Shown here piece after piece: positions 38,557 through 51,400 of a stretch of 64,000 nt of DNA. Each line of letters begins with the position of its first letter. Within the stretch, counting starts at the first letter, position 1. A program made the position numbers and the translations under genes. The DNA comes from Caecitellus pseudoparvulus (taxonomy: Eukaryota; Protista; Bigyra: Bicosoecida), in the NCBI GenBank assembly GCA_965644315.1, contig CBFFRQ010000069.1, positions 1,178,001-1,242,000 on the forward strand. Reading direction: 5' to 3'. Below the pieces are notes generated by a model, which saw only the letters and a program-made list of their open reading frames with translations, was not told where the DNA came from and did no database searches.

Positions 38557-41500
38557 ATGGCAAGCGCAGCATCTCCGCACGGTGAGCAACCCTGCACGGC
38601 GGCGTGCCGCGATGTGGCATCGCAGCAGCAGTCTCAAGCAGCCTGTCGCTCACCCCCACAGCAAGCCCTGGAAGGAGGAGGAGCAGGTTAGACAAGACTG
38701 ATGCTGCTTCTGTGCTCTCGTCTGCCCTGAGTGATGTTGGAGCTGGCACAGCTCTTGACGCAGCGACCAGTATCGCGTCTGGCGCCCCTGCCTCTGCTCA
38801 AATGCGCGTCATCCGGCGAGGGCGCTTTCGCGGGGTGCCAAACGAAGTGGATGCCTCGGGAGAAGTCCAGCTTGTCATGGTGGGCAAGGAGTTCTGGCTT
38901 CGCTTCTTCCGAGTCAAAGTGCTGAACAACCCTGTCAAGGACACTCTCTTCGTGTACTTTTACAAACACAAGCAGCCTGCTCGATCACTGAGCCTTGGCA
39001 ATGGCAGCGTACTTGTGCGCCTATCTGGAACAAGCCACGGGGGTCTGGAAGATGCCATGCCCGATGAGATTCAGATGCCCTTGGAAAACGTTCGCACCAA
39101 GCGTGGCCACGTCATTGACCATGCTGCCTTCCAAAGCCTTATCATCGTGCGCCCAGGCATTCGCATGGACGACGGCACCAGCATTCCAACCATTACCCAT
39201 GCGTTTTGCGAGTTTCAAGAAGTGGCTGCGCCCAACCTTGCCTTCAACAAGAAGGTGCAGGCCGCGGTAGGGGAGGTGCAGAGCTTGATGAAAGACGTGG
39301 AGTCAGGCGCTGGCATGCCTGCCTCCTTGAGGGGCAAGTCGTACGAAGGCATGGAGAGCATCGCCAAAGACGCTTTCTCAACGCTTGGCAAGGGCAAAGG
39401 TGACACCTTGGATTTTGAGGAGTTCAAGGTGCTGCTGTCCAGCCTCCGTGTCAAGCACACTGAGCCCCGAGCTTACAAGTGGTTCGTGTTGGGGGACATT
39501 GATCGCTCCGGAGCTGTAGATGAAGGAGAACTAGCCTTCATTCTCAGTGTCATCTCTCGCACGAAGCCGTCGCGCCTTCTTCGCCCGCGCGATGTCTTCT
39601 TGATGTTTGACGTGGACTCCAAGTCTGCCAGCCACGCAGACCAGCTAGGCACAGTGGACTTGATCGGGTTCTACGAGATCGTCAAGGCCTTCAACCCGTC
39701 TGCGAGTCAAGATAGCATAGAGTCCGCCTTCAAGGCAGCTGACCCTTCGCGCAAGCACCGCATTTCCTACCCACCCTTCCTCCGCGCGTGGGCCACCTTG
39801 GTGAGACCACGTAGCGAGCTGGAGCGTCGAGGTATGAAGGCGTCCGCTGTCGTGGGGTCAAGCTTGGCTGAGGCTGGATCAGAGACTGCAGATGACGCTG
39901 CACTTGGGGCGCTTCAGCGGGCGCTAGTGCAAGTGATCGAGGAGGAGGACCGGGAGGAAGACGAGGACTTGGAGCAGGCCATCCGTTTCGCGCACCGAGC
40001 ACGGCAACGAACTCGAGGAGTCCGCGAGCGCAAGAAGAGGGCTGTGTGGAAAGATGCAGCCCAAAGTGACAAGCGAAAGAGGCGCCAACGTGCGCTGCAG
40101 GAACGCCAACGGCGCATGGACGAGCGCCGCGCAGCAGAGGAGCAGGCCAAGCGGGCGCAAGAGGAGGCCCGCTTGCATGAGGCAGCTCAAGCTGCCAAGG
40201 CAGAGCGCGAGCGGAAGGAGGCAGAGGCTGTCCGCCAGGCCGCTGCCGAGAGAGAGGAGCAAGAGGCCAAGCGCAGGCAAGATCTAGCTCTCGACCGCAT
40301 GCTTATGTCCGGGAAAGGGCTGCAATACCTGCCTTCGACGCTTTGGAGAGACCCCAAGGCCTCGGCGCTGCTGCCGCATCTTGTCATCATGGACGTTAGT
40401 GACAATGAGCTCGTTTGCCTTCCTGCAGGCCACCTCTTTACCCGCACGTCTTCGCTCCGCAAGCTAGATGTGTCCCGGAATCGACTTGCGCGCCTTCCTG
40501 ACGATGTTCAGGCCTGCCACGAGCTGCTAATTTTGCTAGCCACTGACAACCAGCTGGACACCCTCCCCGCCGAACTTGCTGGTCTGCATCAACTGCGCAG
40601 GCTTGACTTGAGAGGAAATCTTCTGCGTAGCCTCCCATCCAGCCTTGGCCAGATTGCCTCCCTGGAGGCGTTGAATGTCTCTGTGAACCCGCTTGAAGAC
40701 GTCTCTTTGGACGCTCTTCTGCCCATGAGGAAGCTGCAAGAACTAAATTTGAGTGGCTGCAGCCTGGAGTTTATGCCTAACGATGCCTTCCTGAACATGT
40801 CTGCGTTGACAAAGCTGGACGTGTCAGGCAACAAACTTCGAGAGATTCCGCCGTCCCTGGCACGGTGCTCAGCCCTGAGACACCTTCGTCTTCAAAGCAA
40901 TTCTCTTCGATGCTTACCAACTTACATTGGGCAGTGCCATCGACTCTCCAGCATCGATGCTTCAAGCAACGCGCTGAGGGAGCTCCCCGTCGACTTGTCA
41001 GGTCTGTACTACCTGCTGGACCTGAACCTCGCACAGAACCGCATCGTGGAGCTGCCGTCCTCGGTGGGAGAGCTCACAAGCCTGCAGCGGCTCAATGTCG
41101 GTTCAAATCGATTGGTGTCCTTGCCAGCTCCCATTGGGTACCTCTCAGATGTGCAGCTCATGGACATGTCGAACAACGCGCTCACTTCCATCCCGGAGAC
41201 AATCGGGGGTCTCAAGCGCCTCCGCCACTGGGACTTGTCGCACAATTCGCTTGGCTCTGGAGGAACTGAATGCCTCCCGCAGGCTGTCGCTTCGCTCATG
41301 TCTCTGGAGTGGTTGGATGTGTCACACAACTCCATTTCCCGACTTGCGCCGCAGGTCGCTGGCCTCACATCTTTGCGCCATGTCAACCTTTCACACAACT
41401 CGTTGGCCGCTCTACCACCTCAGCTTTGTGTCCTGTCCAGCCTCTGCACGCTGGATGCGTCCCACAACCGCCTTCGCCAACTTCCAGTGGAGATTGGCTT

Positions 41501-44500
41501 CCTCACAGAGCTTGTCGCGATTGACTTGTCATGCAACATTTTAACACAGCTGCCGGACACCATTGGCAAGCTGTCAAAAGTGCGACATTTCCATGTCTAC
41601 AACAACCTCTTGGAGCGCCTCCCAATGACCCTTGTGCCGCTGTTTGCGAACCTGCTCACGTTCGACTGCGCGCGGAACCCGCTTCGTGACCTGCCAGACA
41701 AGCTGTCAGCACAAGATGCGCCTGGGGCGCGAGCCCTCAGCCTGCGCTTCTCCAGGAAGCCCCAAGCCGCGCATGACATACTGCTGGACATCCAGGCTGG
41801 CATGGATCGGGAGGCTTCCAGGGCAATAGAAGCCGAGCGACAAATCGAGCAGGATGCCAAGGCTCGAGATCGGGACCTCATGCTGCTCCACGACGAACGA
41901 GCGCAGCAATGGCGAAGGCAGCGAGTGAACGTCCGCCTACTCAACTGGGGAAGCCGACCACTTTGGCAGCCTGTGGACTCCTTGCCAGGCATGACCAAGC
42001 AGCACGTCTTTTCAGGTGGGCGAGAGCCTGAGCCGGACGCTGCGACGCTGACTGGAGGCATCGATGCCTGGTGGGAAGCCCGGGCTGCAGCAGAAAAGGC
42101 AATCCGGCTTCGGGAGAAGAGCAAGCGAGAAGCTGAGCGACGGCGTGTTCGGCAGTCTCAGGAGCGGCTCCCCTTTACGAGTGACCTTCTGGACAAGGGG
42201 GCACTTTCGGCTGTTGAGCGCACTCGTCAGCGAGTCCTGCGAACGCTGGGGGAGTCCACGACATCAGAGGCCCCCAGCGCCCCTCTTCGTGCTGATCAAG
42301 AGCGAGAATGGCGTCTATGTGACAAGAGTCTTGAGTGGACGGATGACGACGAGCTGTGGGCCCGCAGGATGTATGAACGAGAGCTTCTGCAAGAGCGCGA
42401 AGCGGATGAAGTGGCCAGTGCTGCCCAGGAGGCGGCACAAGCTGCACAAAGGACTGAATTCTGGGAAAGCAAAGGGTTCAGGGCGGACAAACTAGCACCC
42501 GGGGCGGTGCCATCTCAACGGCAGCAGACGAAGGCGAGGGATGGAGGCGCTCACCGCATCTCGGCTGCAAGGGCAACAGAGCCAAGGGAGGCTGCTGAAC
42601 GCCACGTACCCCCAACCGCAGACCTCCCCGCTACAGCGGAAGAAACTGACAGCGAAAGTCCAGGGGCTGTGTCTTGTGAGCCGGACGCTGCGCACAAGTC
42701 AGCTGAGGACCTGCAGCATGGGGCAACCGGCCAGGGTGCCCGGCAAGAAGCACAGGAGGAGCATCGTGCACCCCCTGCCACCGAGGCATTGAACATGTCA
42801 TCAGTGCCGCAAACATGGGAGGAAGGTCAATCTTCGCCATCGCCTCTGACTCCCATGCCTCCCGCAGCAGACCTTGGCGAAGGCGATCGTGTCAGGCTGC
42901 GAGGAGCCCCAGGTTCAACAGGCCGGTCACCAACCAGGCCACAGCAGCATCTGACTCGCCCTCCATCAAGAAAGACAACAGTTCGCCGCTTGAAAGACGA
43001 GATCCGCCAGCTGGAAGCCAGTGTGTTGGAACGCCGCAGGCAGGACAAGGAGGCTCTTCGGGCTCTAAAGTCAAAGCATGCACGTGAGGTAGCAGCAGAG
43101 GAGTCTTTGCTGGCAGCGGAGGACGCGCTGGTCCAAGAGTTACAAGCAGGGCCACCTGTCCCCGTGAACCACGCGATTCGGCGTTCGAGGGCGGGGGGCG
43201 GCAGCCGTGGCCGCAGCATTGACCCAATCATGATGCCGCACCACCGAGGCTCTCGCTTGCACGCCATCTCACAAGGCAAGGCACGCCCTGGGTCTCGAGA
43301 GCTGTCAATTCGATACGCTGCCATTGCTGGGCGCCGGCCAGCATCGATCATGGGTGTTGGGGCTGTCCGAACTCGATTCAACTATGCAAATACGCCGATG
43401 TATCAGGGCTTGAAGAACCCAGTCACCGCCCTTCAGGCTGCGACGGCAGGAGCCATTACGCCAGGGGGAGTAATTAACAACCTTCTGGTTGGTTCGATGG
43501 CCCCACACAAGGGCATGTCCCGATTTAACCTGTCAGCATACGACACTTTTTCCAACAGCCCGTCCAAGAACAAGCGCCTTTTGGTGTCCGATGTGCTGAA
43601 GGATCCCCAGGTGCGTTCCATGGGCATTCCCCGCTTCAACGCTGACGACTACGAGCACTACAAGAGCAGCCTGGCATCAAACGCTTCCCTGCCAGAGCGG
43701 GCACTGTCTGGCATGGAGCCTGAAACGCTCCCCTCGACAGTGACCCGCCTGCAGGCGGGTGCTGCTCCAGGCACCGTGTCCCGTGTTAGTGCCAAGGAGG
43801 AGCATGAAAGGCAAACTCTGCTGGCAAAGCGGGAAGCAGAGGCGCGGCAGGCTGCCCAGGCGCGACTACCATCGCAACCAGAAACCGAAAGGCCGACATC
43901 TCGAGCAGGTAACAGGATCGTCGATGCTGCTGGAAACGTCGTGGAGGTGGTTGGCGCATCTTCTGGCGCGATGAAGGCAGGGGCACGCAGGCGAGGAACG
44001 CGGGTCAAGGACCTCCCTCGCCAGCGAAGGGTTCAACGATACAACATGACGACATCCATGGTCAAGGTTGGGCTATCGGGTCAAGTGGAGCGCGTCTCGG
44101 CAGCCTCAAGGCAAGCTGGAGGGCGCATGCCACTTCCAACGGCACCCACCTCGGATGTGGAAGCGGACGAGCTGAGACTGGCGAGGCTGAAGCAAATGGT
44201 TGAAGGACTGGAGTCTGATGAAGATGACACTGCCTCTGATTCGGACGGCGGTGAAGCAGAACGTGAGTGGACGGCACTGTTCGGGCGACGAAGAACGAAA
44301 GGCGAGCAGCGGGTAGACGATACGGATACGCTGCTGGAGCTGATCTCCATCATGAAGCAAGACAGGTCGCTGGAGATCCCAACACGTGAATTGGATGCTG
44401 TTTCTCGATTGCTCTCGGCCAGCAGACAAGGCCTGCGGGATGACGGGCTTGTTGAGGATATCCAAGTGCGAGCTTGGCAGGAAGCTGGGTATGACGTGCC

Positions 44501-46541
44501 CTCCAAAGTGCGCCAGCGTCGCGAGAAGCAAGCTCGGCAGCTACTACTGCAGCTAAAAGTGGCAGCACTTCACCGAGGGAGGACTGATTTCAAGGCCCTT
44601 AGGGCAGCCATGCTATCTCAGAGTGAAGCAGACCGCGTTGCGACGGCAGAAGGTGCGGCTCGGAAGAAGGAAGATGCTGCTAAGCGGGCGAGGCACTTCG
44701 GCGCCCTCCAGATGCACTCTTTGCAGCACCAAGGGGACATGATAAAAGCTACTATCGCGGATGATACGCTCTCTTTGCTGGGGCTGGAGCAGGAGCAACT
44801 TGCTGCTCGGGTAGAGACCTTGGAACCTCGCGACGACGCATGGGAGCCACAACACTCCGAGCTGCGAGCTCCATCCGCCGCGTCCATGGCCCATGTCACT
44901 GGAGAGGGTCTGTGGCCAAAGTTTGGGGAAGGCCTGACAGAGGGGCTGTGGAGCTCAGACCCGTACGCCCCTAGGCAAGGCGTGGGGAGCGAAGCAGCGG
45001 CGAAACATGCAGCGAGTGTGCTCGTCTCCCCAGACAAGCTAGCCGGGGAGGCTACAGTGCAGTCGGAGACGGACTATGAGCGAGAGCTCATGCACGACCG
45101 CATCGGCGGACAACAACGGTTGGATCCGAGCCGCCATGTACCAGCAGCCACCTTAACTGCCCCGGCGCGCTCTCGAGCCAACCGTTCGGCTGCGCGTCAG
45201 TGGAGCACTGCAGGTCAGCACGGCGACCACAGCATCCGCCCTCGAGCTCAAGAGCATGCAAACTCCGCAGCAGTATCGAAAGGCTACACACCGGCCGATG
45301 TGGCTGAGTACTTGAGTGTACAAAGCGTGGTGTACCCGCACTGCATGGCTGAGTGGGTCACTCACGGTGGGAAGTACATGGACAGGGTGCGAGGGTTGCG
45401 AGACTTTGAGTCTGCCGTCCGGCGCCGGTTGGGGTCCAGCTGGGATTCCCAATTGACTGCCGTTGTCAGGCGGTTTTTCGTGGAAACACGTGACAAGGGA
45501 GGTGTGGCACCTGCGTTTGAGGTGGTAACCCCCGACATGAGAGCAGCTCGAGCCGCCAGGAGCGAGCACCACGCCACGCTCAAGGAGCTGCAGCATCAGC
45601 GAGTGACTGCACGACTTGACGCGCTTCAGAAGAAGCAAGAGGAGAAGTATGCTGTGTCGCCGAGCTTGTTGCGACAGCGCATGGTTGCTCAGCAGGCGCG
45701 AGCAAAGCAGCTCGCTGTGTTGAAGCACAGGTCTTGGCTGCGCAGGGTACGTACAGAAGCTGAGCATGCTGACCGTGAGCTAGTGCGGAAGACGGTCTTG
45801 TTCCACAAAGCCCGCAAAGAGCAAGCAAGCACAGAAGCCTCACGCCTTGCTGAGGATGTCGCGCGCCGGGGTCGACGGGCGGAACGGAGGCAGAGGGAGA
45901 AGCAAAAGTACGATGAGCTGGTCTCCTCTGGAGGGACTATTGACGTTCAAGACTCACTTTTTGAGGACAGTACGATGAGCCAAGTCGACGGGCAGCGCAC
46001 GGCGAACCTCGAGAAGCGAGCAGAGCGCATGGAGCGGTACGCCGCACAGCAGCCAGAACCAGGCAAGCAAGCCGGCCTTCTGGACACCGTGTCTGAGGGA
46101 GGGCTGTACGATAGCACGCCGGCTGATGATGGCTCCCCCGCACCCATCGGCGACACACCCACTTCACCAGCTTCTAGGGCAAGTCAGGACAGCCTCCTTG
46201 CCTTTGCAGACGCCTTCCTGTCCACGAGCGAGGCTGCTGCATTGGACGCCCTTCCACCCCCCACACTCCACCGCAGTGTTTTTGACGCCTCCACGTTGGC
46301 AGTGCCACCGCAAGACAGCCATGCGGCAGGCGGTCCACGGACCCAGCTGCGCCCGAGCAAGGTCGTTCAAGGCGCCGCTGCAGGCTTACTTCAGCAAGGC
46401 AGCCTGGAGTGGGCGACAGACAAAGCGCGTGGCGAAGTTGCAAACTTGTACGAATCTGCAAGGCATGCATTTGTTAAGAACGGAAAAAGCGGCGTGAAAT
46501 ACGAGAACGGGATCCAGGATCACATGAAAGGGCAATCTTGA
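38557..46541 (+). CDS. Giant multidomain protein: DM13-like domain, EF-hands, coiled coil, ~20 LRRs, long charged low-complexity tail (~2,630 aa)
   Basis: Probable first exon 38557-38581 (GTGAGC donor) splices to 38662 (CACAG acceptor). EF-hand loops DIDRSGAVDEGEL and GDTLDFEEF (~39400-39800), coiled coil ~39930-40280, and regular 23-aa LRRs (L..LDVS.N.L..LP) ~40300-41700. Confidence 0.8.
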
Positions 46542-46611
46542 GCTCGCAGATGCAGAGCGAACCAAGGAGACGCATGATGCAGGCAGCCCAAGTGCATTCA
46601 GGGGGAGCGCT

Positions 46612-48104
46612 TCAGAAATGCACATCTACGGCGACAACATCCACACCTTGACGTTTGAGTCGAGAAATGATGCCTTTGGTGTCATCTCTACTGAGAAAAA
46701 GGTCTTCCTTGACAGCTTGAACACTCTTTGTGCCATCACTGTGCGTGACCAGCACCCTGATGTTGCTCGTATTCGCAGCGGCCCCCTCTCCCCCTGCTAG
46801 GTGCCACGCATTGCGCACCATAAGCTCAAAGGCATCGTCATGGTCGATTGCAGCAGAGAGGTCTGAGTAGTACGCAAGGAACTCGTCCCAAGTGACCTGG
46901 CCATCTTGGTCCCGGCTGGCTCGCTCCCACTGCCCGAGGAACTGCTTCCATACCTCATCCAAGGTGCTTCGCCCACTCTCCACATCAGGGTGCGACACCC
47001 CATCCCACTTGGCTTTCATGTCTTCCACAGTGACTACTCCACTGCCATCCTCGTCCAGGGAGGAAAAGGCCAGCCACACCACATCCTGCCGGCGCTGGTT
47101 CATTTCGCCCTTAATGCCGGCAAAGAACTCAGTGGAGTCCACGGTTCCTGAACCATCTCGGTCCAAGTATCGGAACAGCTCGGTGAACTCGTCCGCTGTG
47201 AAGTCCAGGCCGAAGTCTCGCAAGCCGATCTCCAGCTCCTCTCGCTGCAATCGACCATCTCCGTTGTCATCAAGGATGCGCAGCATGCGGCCCATGGATC
47301 GGATGCCATTTGCGCCGCCCCTTGCAATAATTTTCTCACGGAACAGCTCAACAGCCTTGGGAACACCTGGCAGAACTCTAGTGCACCGGCGCCGAAACTG
47401 CTTCGGCACCGAAGGGTTCACGGCTGCAACTTGCGAAGTGGTGAAGCGCGCTTCGCGGTCGCCGTCAGACTCCCGAATCCAGCGCTTCCGGTATGCTTCC
47501 AAGCTGGCCTTGTCAGAGACGAGTGTATGAGAAGCCCTCGCGTAGGTAGAGCCGAACTCCGGCACAGCGCTGCCTGCAGCTGCCTGGCTCGGGTGAGCGT
47601 GCACAGCTGTTGTCACGCTCTGCCACTGCTGAGAAGTTGCCTGAGTGTCAGGCTGAATGAGGTTTTTGTAGTCATACCTGGAGTCCAAATCATCCTCTTG
47701 GGCCAGCAGGCCGGCGCCAAACTTGGGGATGGTCTTGCCAAGCGCTGCGGAAGGTGGCAGGCAGGCAAGTGCAATTTCCGCACATTGCTCCACAGGCAGG
47801 ACTGCGATGCACGCTGCCCGCATTTCGGCCCGGTGCCCTTCAGACGTGCTGCAACTCCCGTGCTTGAGGGTCTGCACACACTCTGCGATGTGCTAGCTCT
47901 CAGCGCGCTCTGCCACTCACACTCGAGCTCTCGAGCGGACTTCTCGGTCTCTGCAGATGGAGCCGGTCCAACAAACCCAGGCGTAAAGCGACCCTCTTGC
48001 CAATTGCCACACAAAGTTTTCGAGGTATATGTCTTGGTGCCACCGCGCAAGGTGTTCGATCCCTCGCTGTGGTGCTTGCCGCCGCCGCTGCGCCTGGAAG
48101 CCAT
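46612..48104 (-). CDS. Calcyphosin-like EF-hand protein with N-terminal NWE motif (438 aa, 2 exons)
   Basis: Exons 48104-47921 and 47744-46612 (GTGAGT..CCGCAG, phase 1) total 1,317 nt. Calcyphosin core: REKIIARGGANGIRSMGRMLRILDDNGDG..HPDVESG..EFLAYYSDLSAAIDHDDAFELMVRNAWH. Exon 1 contains YTSKTLCGNWQEGR. Confidence 0.85.
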
Positions 48105-48489
48105 GGCCTGCACGATTCGTGGTCGGTCACCTCCCAGGGCACTTCGTGTTGCAACGCTGCAGGGTGGAGAGCAAGTGGGCGCCAGGAGTGAGATTCAAGG
48201 GACACAGTTTTGGTTAATTGCGAGAGCGGATTTGCGATGGCTAGATCACCGACTGAGACGGAGGGCCCCCTGCACAAGCCAGCTTGTCAGCCTGCAGGCT
48301 CGTGTCAACAATGTGCCAGGTCGGCAGCGCACAACTCACGTGCCAGTCACAACCCGCTTCCTGCACGCTTGTCAGGGACCAAGCTGTTTCACTGACACAC
48401 CCGAGATCGACCGGTAGTGCGCACTTGGTGCTGTGCAGCTACTTTTCGCGCTGTGTAGTGCTTGGGCAAGCCAAGGCTCGTCTCGAGCC

Positions 48490-51400
48490 ATGTCTGCTGC
48501 TCCTGCTGCTGGCGTCGGCACAGCGCCCAAGCCGGGGGACCCTCCACCCATCCAGGCATCTGATGAACCCCAAGACCGCACATTGGCCACCCCCGGTGGA
48601 GGTGCAGCTGAGAGCAAAGCCGATGGACCCACAGGGTCAGCACCACCAGGGGCCAGCGCGGCAGTCGCAGGCGACGCTGCCCACACGTCGCCAGCCGCTC
48701 CAGGCAGTGCGGGCCAGGCAGACCCTGCCGCCCACGCCGGTCCAGCCGCAGCTGTGCCCGCTGCATCTCATTCTCTGCGGCAGCGACGTGCAAAGGCTGC
48801 CGCCCATTCTGACGGCGAGCGACAAGACGCGCCAGGCCGTCTGCTGGTGCACACACGGAAGAGTGTGAGGCACTCGAAGACGACGGTTGCCGAGGACGGG
48901 ACAGTGCTGGTGCAGGTCGAGAAAGGGGGCGCAGTTGAGCACGGGGACGTTGACTTGACTACCTTTTCTGTCCCTGAGCTCGCTCAAGCTTCCAAGGAGC
49001 TCCTGGACTGCATCTCAGGCTTGTCCAAGCGGCAGGTCAAGAACATCTCCTCCATGCCTGAGCTCAAGTCCTTGGCAGCAAAGATTAGCTACTTCATCGC
49101 ACGGTACCGTGGCACCATTCAAGGGGCCTTGCGTGCAGCGGCTGAGGAAGACGAAGCCCGCACAGCCTCGGTGCAGGTGCAACTGGCCACTGCTGGAGCG
49201 GCAACTGGGGGTGGCCGTGGGCTGCTACGACTCAGTGCAGCGGGGCAGTTGAAGGCATCTCTCACGGACTCAGGCGTGTTTGATGTTGAGTCTTCCTCCC
49301 AGCCTGCTGCGCCTGTCACGGCCACTGCAGCCAGCGACATCCGTTCCAGCACAGTTGGCCTGTACGTAGCAATTCTGAACTGCACGACAGTGGTGCGCAA
49401 AGTAGGCAGCTTGATGATTTTCGCTGACACGCGCATGGGCAGGGACATCATGTTCATGCGCACGGAGGTGGCAAACGCCCTCTCCACGCTGCTGGCGGTG
49501 CTGCCTCACGCACCGAAGGATGGCAGGTGGCCGGGACAAGGCAGGGGCGGCGGAGGGGCATCAGGCTGGCCACTAGCATGGGTGGACACCTCCCGTGTTA
49601 CCATCTTGGGGGCAGGTGTCGTGTTCCCGCTGCACATCCCCGCGGAAGCCGCCACACAACGCGCTGCCGCGTTGGACTTGTGGCAAGGCGCGGGGGGGCA
49701 GGAGCGCCGCCCCGCCCAGGCTATCCGACTCTGGGAAGCCGCAGCCATGCAAGGGGATGCCTTATCCATGTTGCAGCTGGCACACATCGCCCTGCACCGC
49801 GCACACCGCGCTCAGGCCGCGGTTCTCTCAGCCGACGTGGGCACTGGCCTGGACGACAAGGTCTCCGCCATGCGATGGCTCCTCACAGCCATGCCCCTGG
49901 CTCCTTGCCAGCCAGCTGTGCTGACTGCTACCGGGCAGTTCCTTGCACACATGGTTTTGAACAAGCAACGGGCTGCATGGGCCAGCTTGGGCCCCCAGGA
50001 AGGGCGACAAACTCCTCACGCCAACTTGGCCTGGCTTGAGGGCCCCCTTGGCGCTCCCCGACTGCCTCTGCGGCGGGCCATCATGCAGGTAGTTCGGTTC
50101 CTGGCCGATGCAGGCAATGGTAGCCATGTGTCTCTTGCAGCCACCCTGGAGCGGCAGGAGGCTGCGGCGGGATCTGAGGATGGCGCATGGGAGGGGTTTT
50201 GGAGCGCAGTGCTTTCGGCTGCCATTGCTCGTGGCCTTGCAGCACTGGGCGCACACGTTCATGGGACTCCTGGGGGCGGTTTCGCTCCCAACCCTCCCCC
50301 AATGGGGGGTGGGCAGTTTGCACCCTTGTGGCAGTTTGCCGCCTGGGCAGGGGTTGCCGATTCCTGGGCCCAGACTCTGCAGTCCACACCAGCAGGTATA
50401 GACGCAGACAAAGTGGGCATGGGGCAAACTGATGTCACGCACTTGGCAGTGCTGGGCGCAGCTCCAACACGTTCCGATGGTGGGATGGCCCCGCTTGGAG
50501 CGGGCGGGGCCGCTCTCCTCGCCGCGCACCGGCGTCGGGGCGTCGCGGGGGGCCTCCCGGGTCGTGTTGGCAGTGGCAGCCACCCCACTGGAGCAGGGCC
50601 GCAGCCCTCAGAAGTCCCTCGCTTTGATCGCACTCGTTGCTTGCCCGTTCGGGCTCGTGGCATGGAGGCATCACCAGCAGGTGAACCGGGCACATCGCAG
50701 TGGGTCACGAGCGTGGACCGCGCATCAGACCGTGCATGGCAGCGCTCTGCGACTCTGGGCAGTGTTGCAGCTGCCACTTTGCCTGACCTCTCTGCACTGC
50801 ACCTCATGCAGGATGGCTTCGAAGCTTTGGCTCAAGGTGAACAAGGTCAATCTCCATCACAAGCCACAAGGGGATTGGAGCGGAGGCTGCAGACGGGTGC
50901 GGGGCCTCGCGAGTCTGCCGGCTCGGCCCGTCTCATGTCGCTTGCATCACGCAGTCGAAGTCGCGCCTTGGCGCGATACTACCAAGCCCTTGTTGACATG
51001 GAGGCGTCTGGGCCAGCGACCAGCGTCTCCGCACCGCCGGGGGGTGAGATTCCATCCAGTGGTGTGAGAGAATTCCGAGGCCTTTCTCGCCTGGATGCGG
51101 CATCCCCTGCCGCACCCTCCTCTGGGCGCTCCGTGACATCGAGGCTGTCGTCAGGTCGCTTGAGCGGTGCGCAGGAACCAGGTCGTGCAACCACTCCTCA
51201 CAACGGCAGCTCTCTGAATCGCCGCATCACGCGGGAGGCATCAGGGCGCTCACTGCGATCAGGGCACGGATCCGATGCTGCGCCGCTTCAGGGCATGGCT
51301 TCTGCTGGCCAAGCAGATCCAGCAGAAGACGCGCGCCCCCCAGCTGGCGGGGAAGCGGATGCGACCACAAGTGGGCCACTTGGAGGTCCCTCTGGTGACA

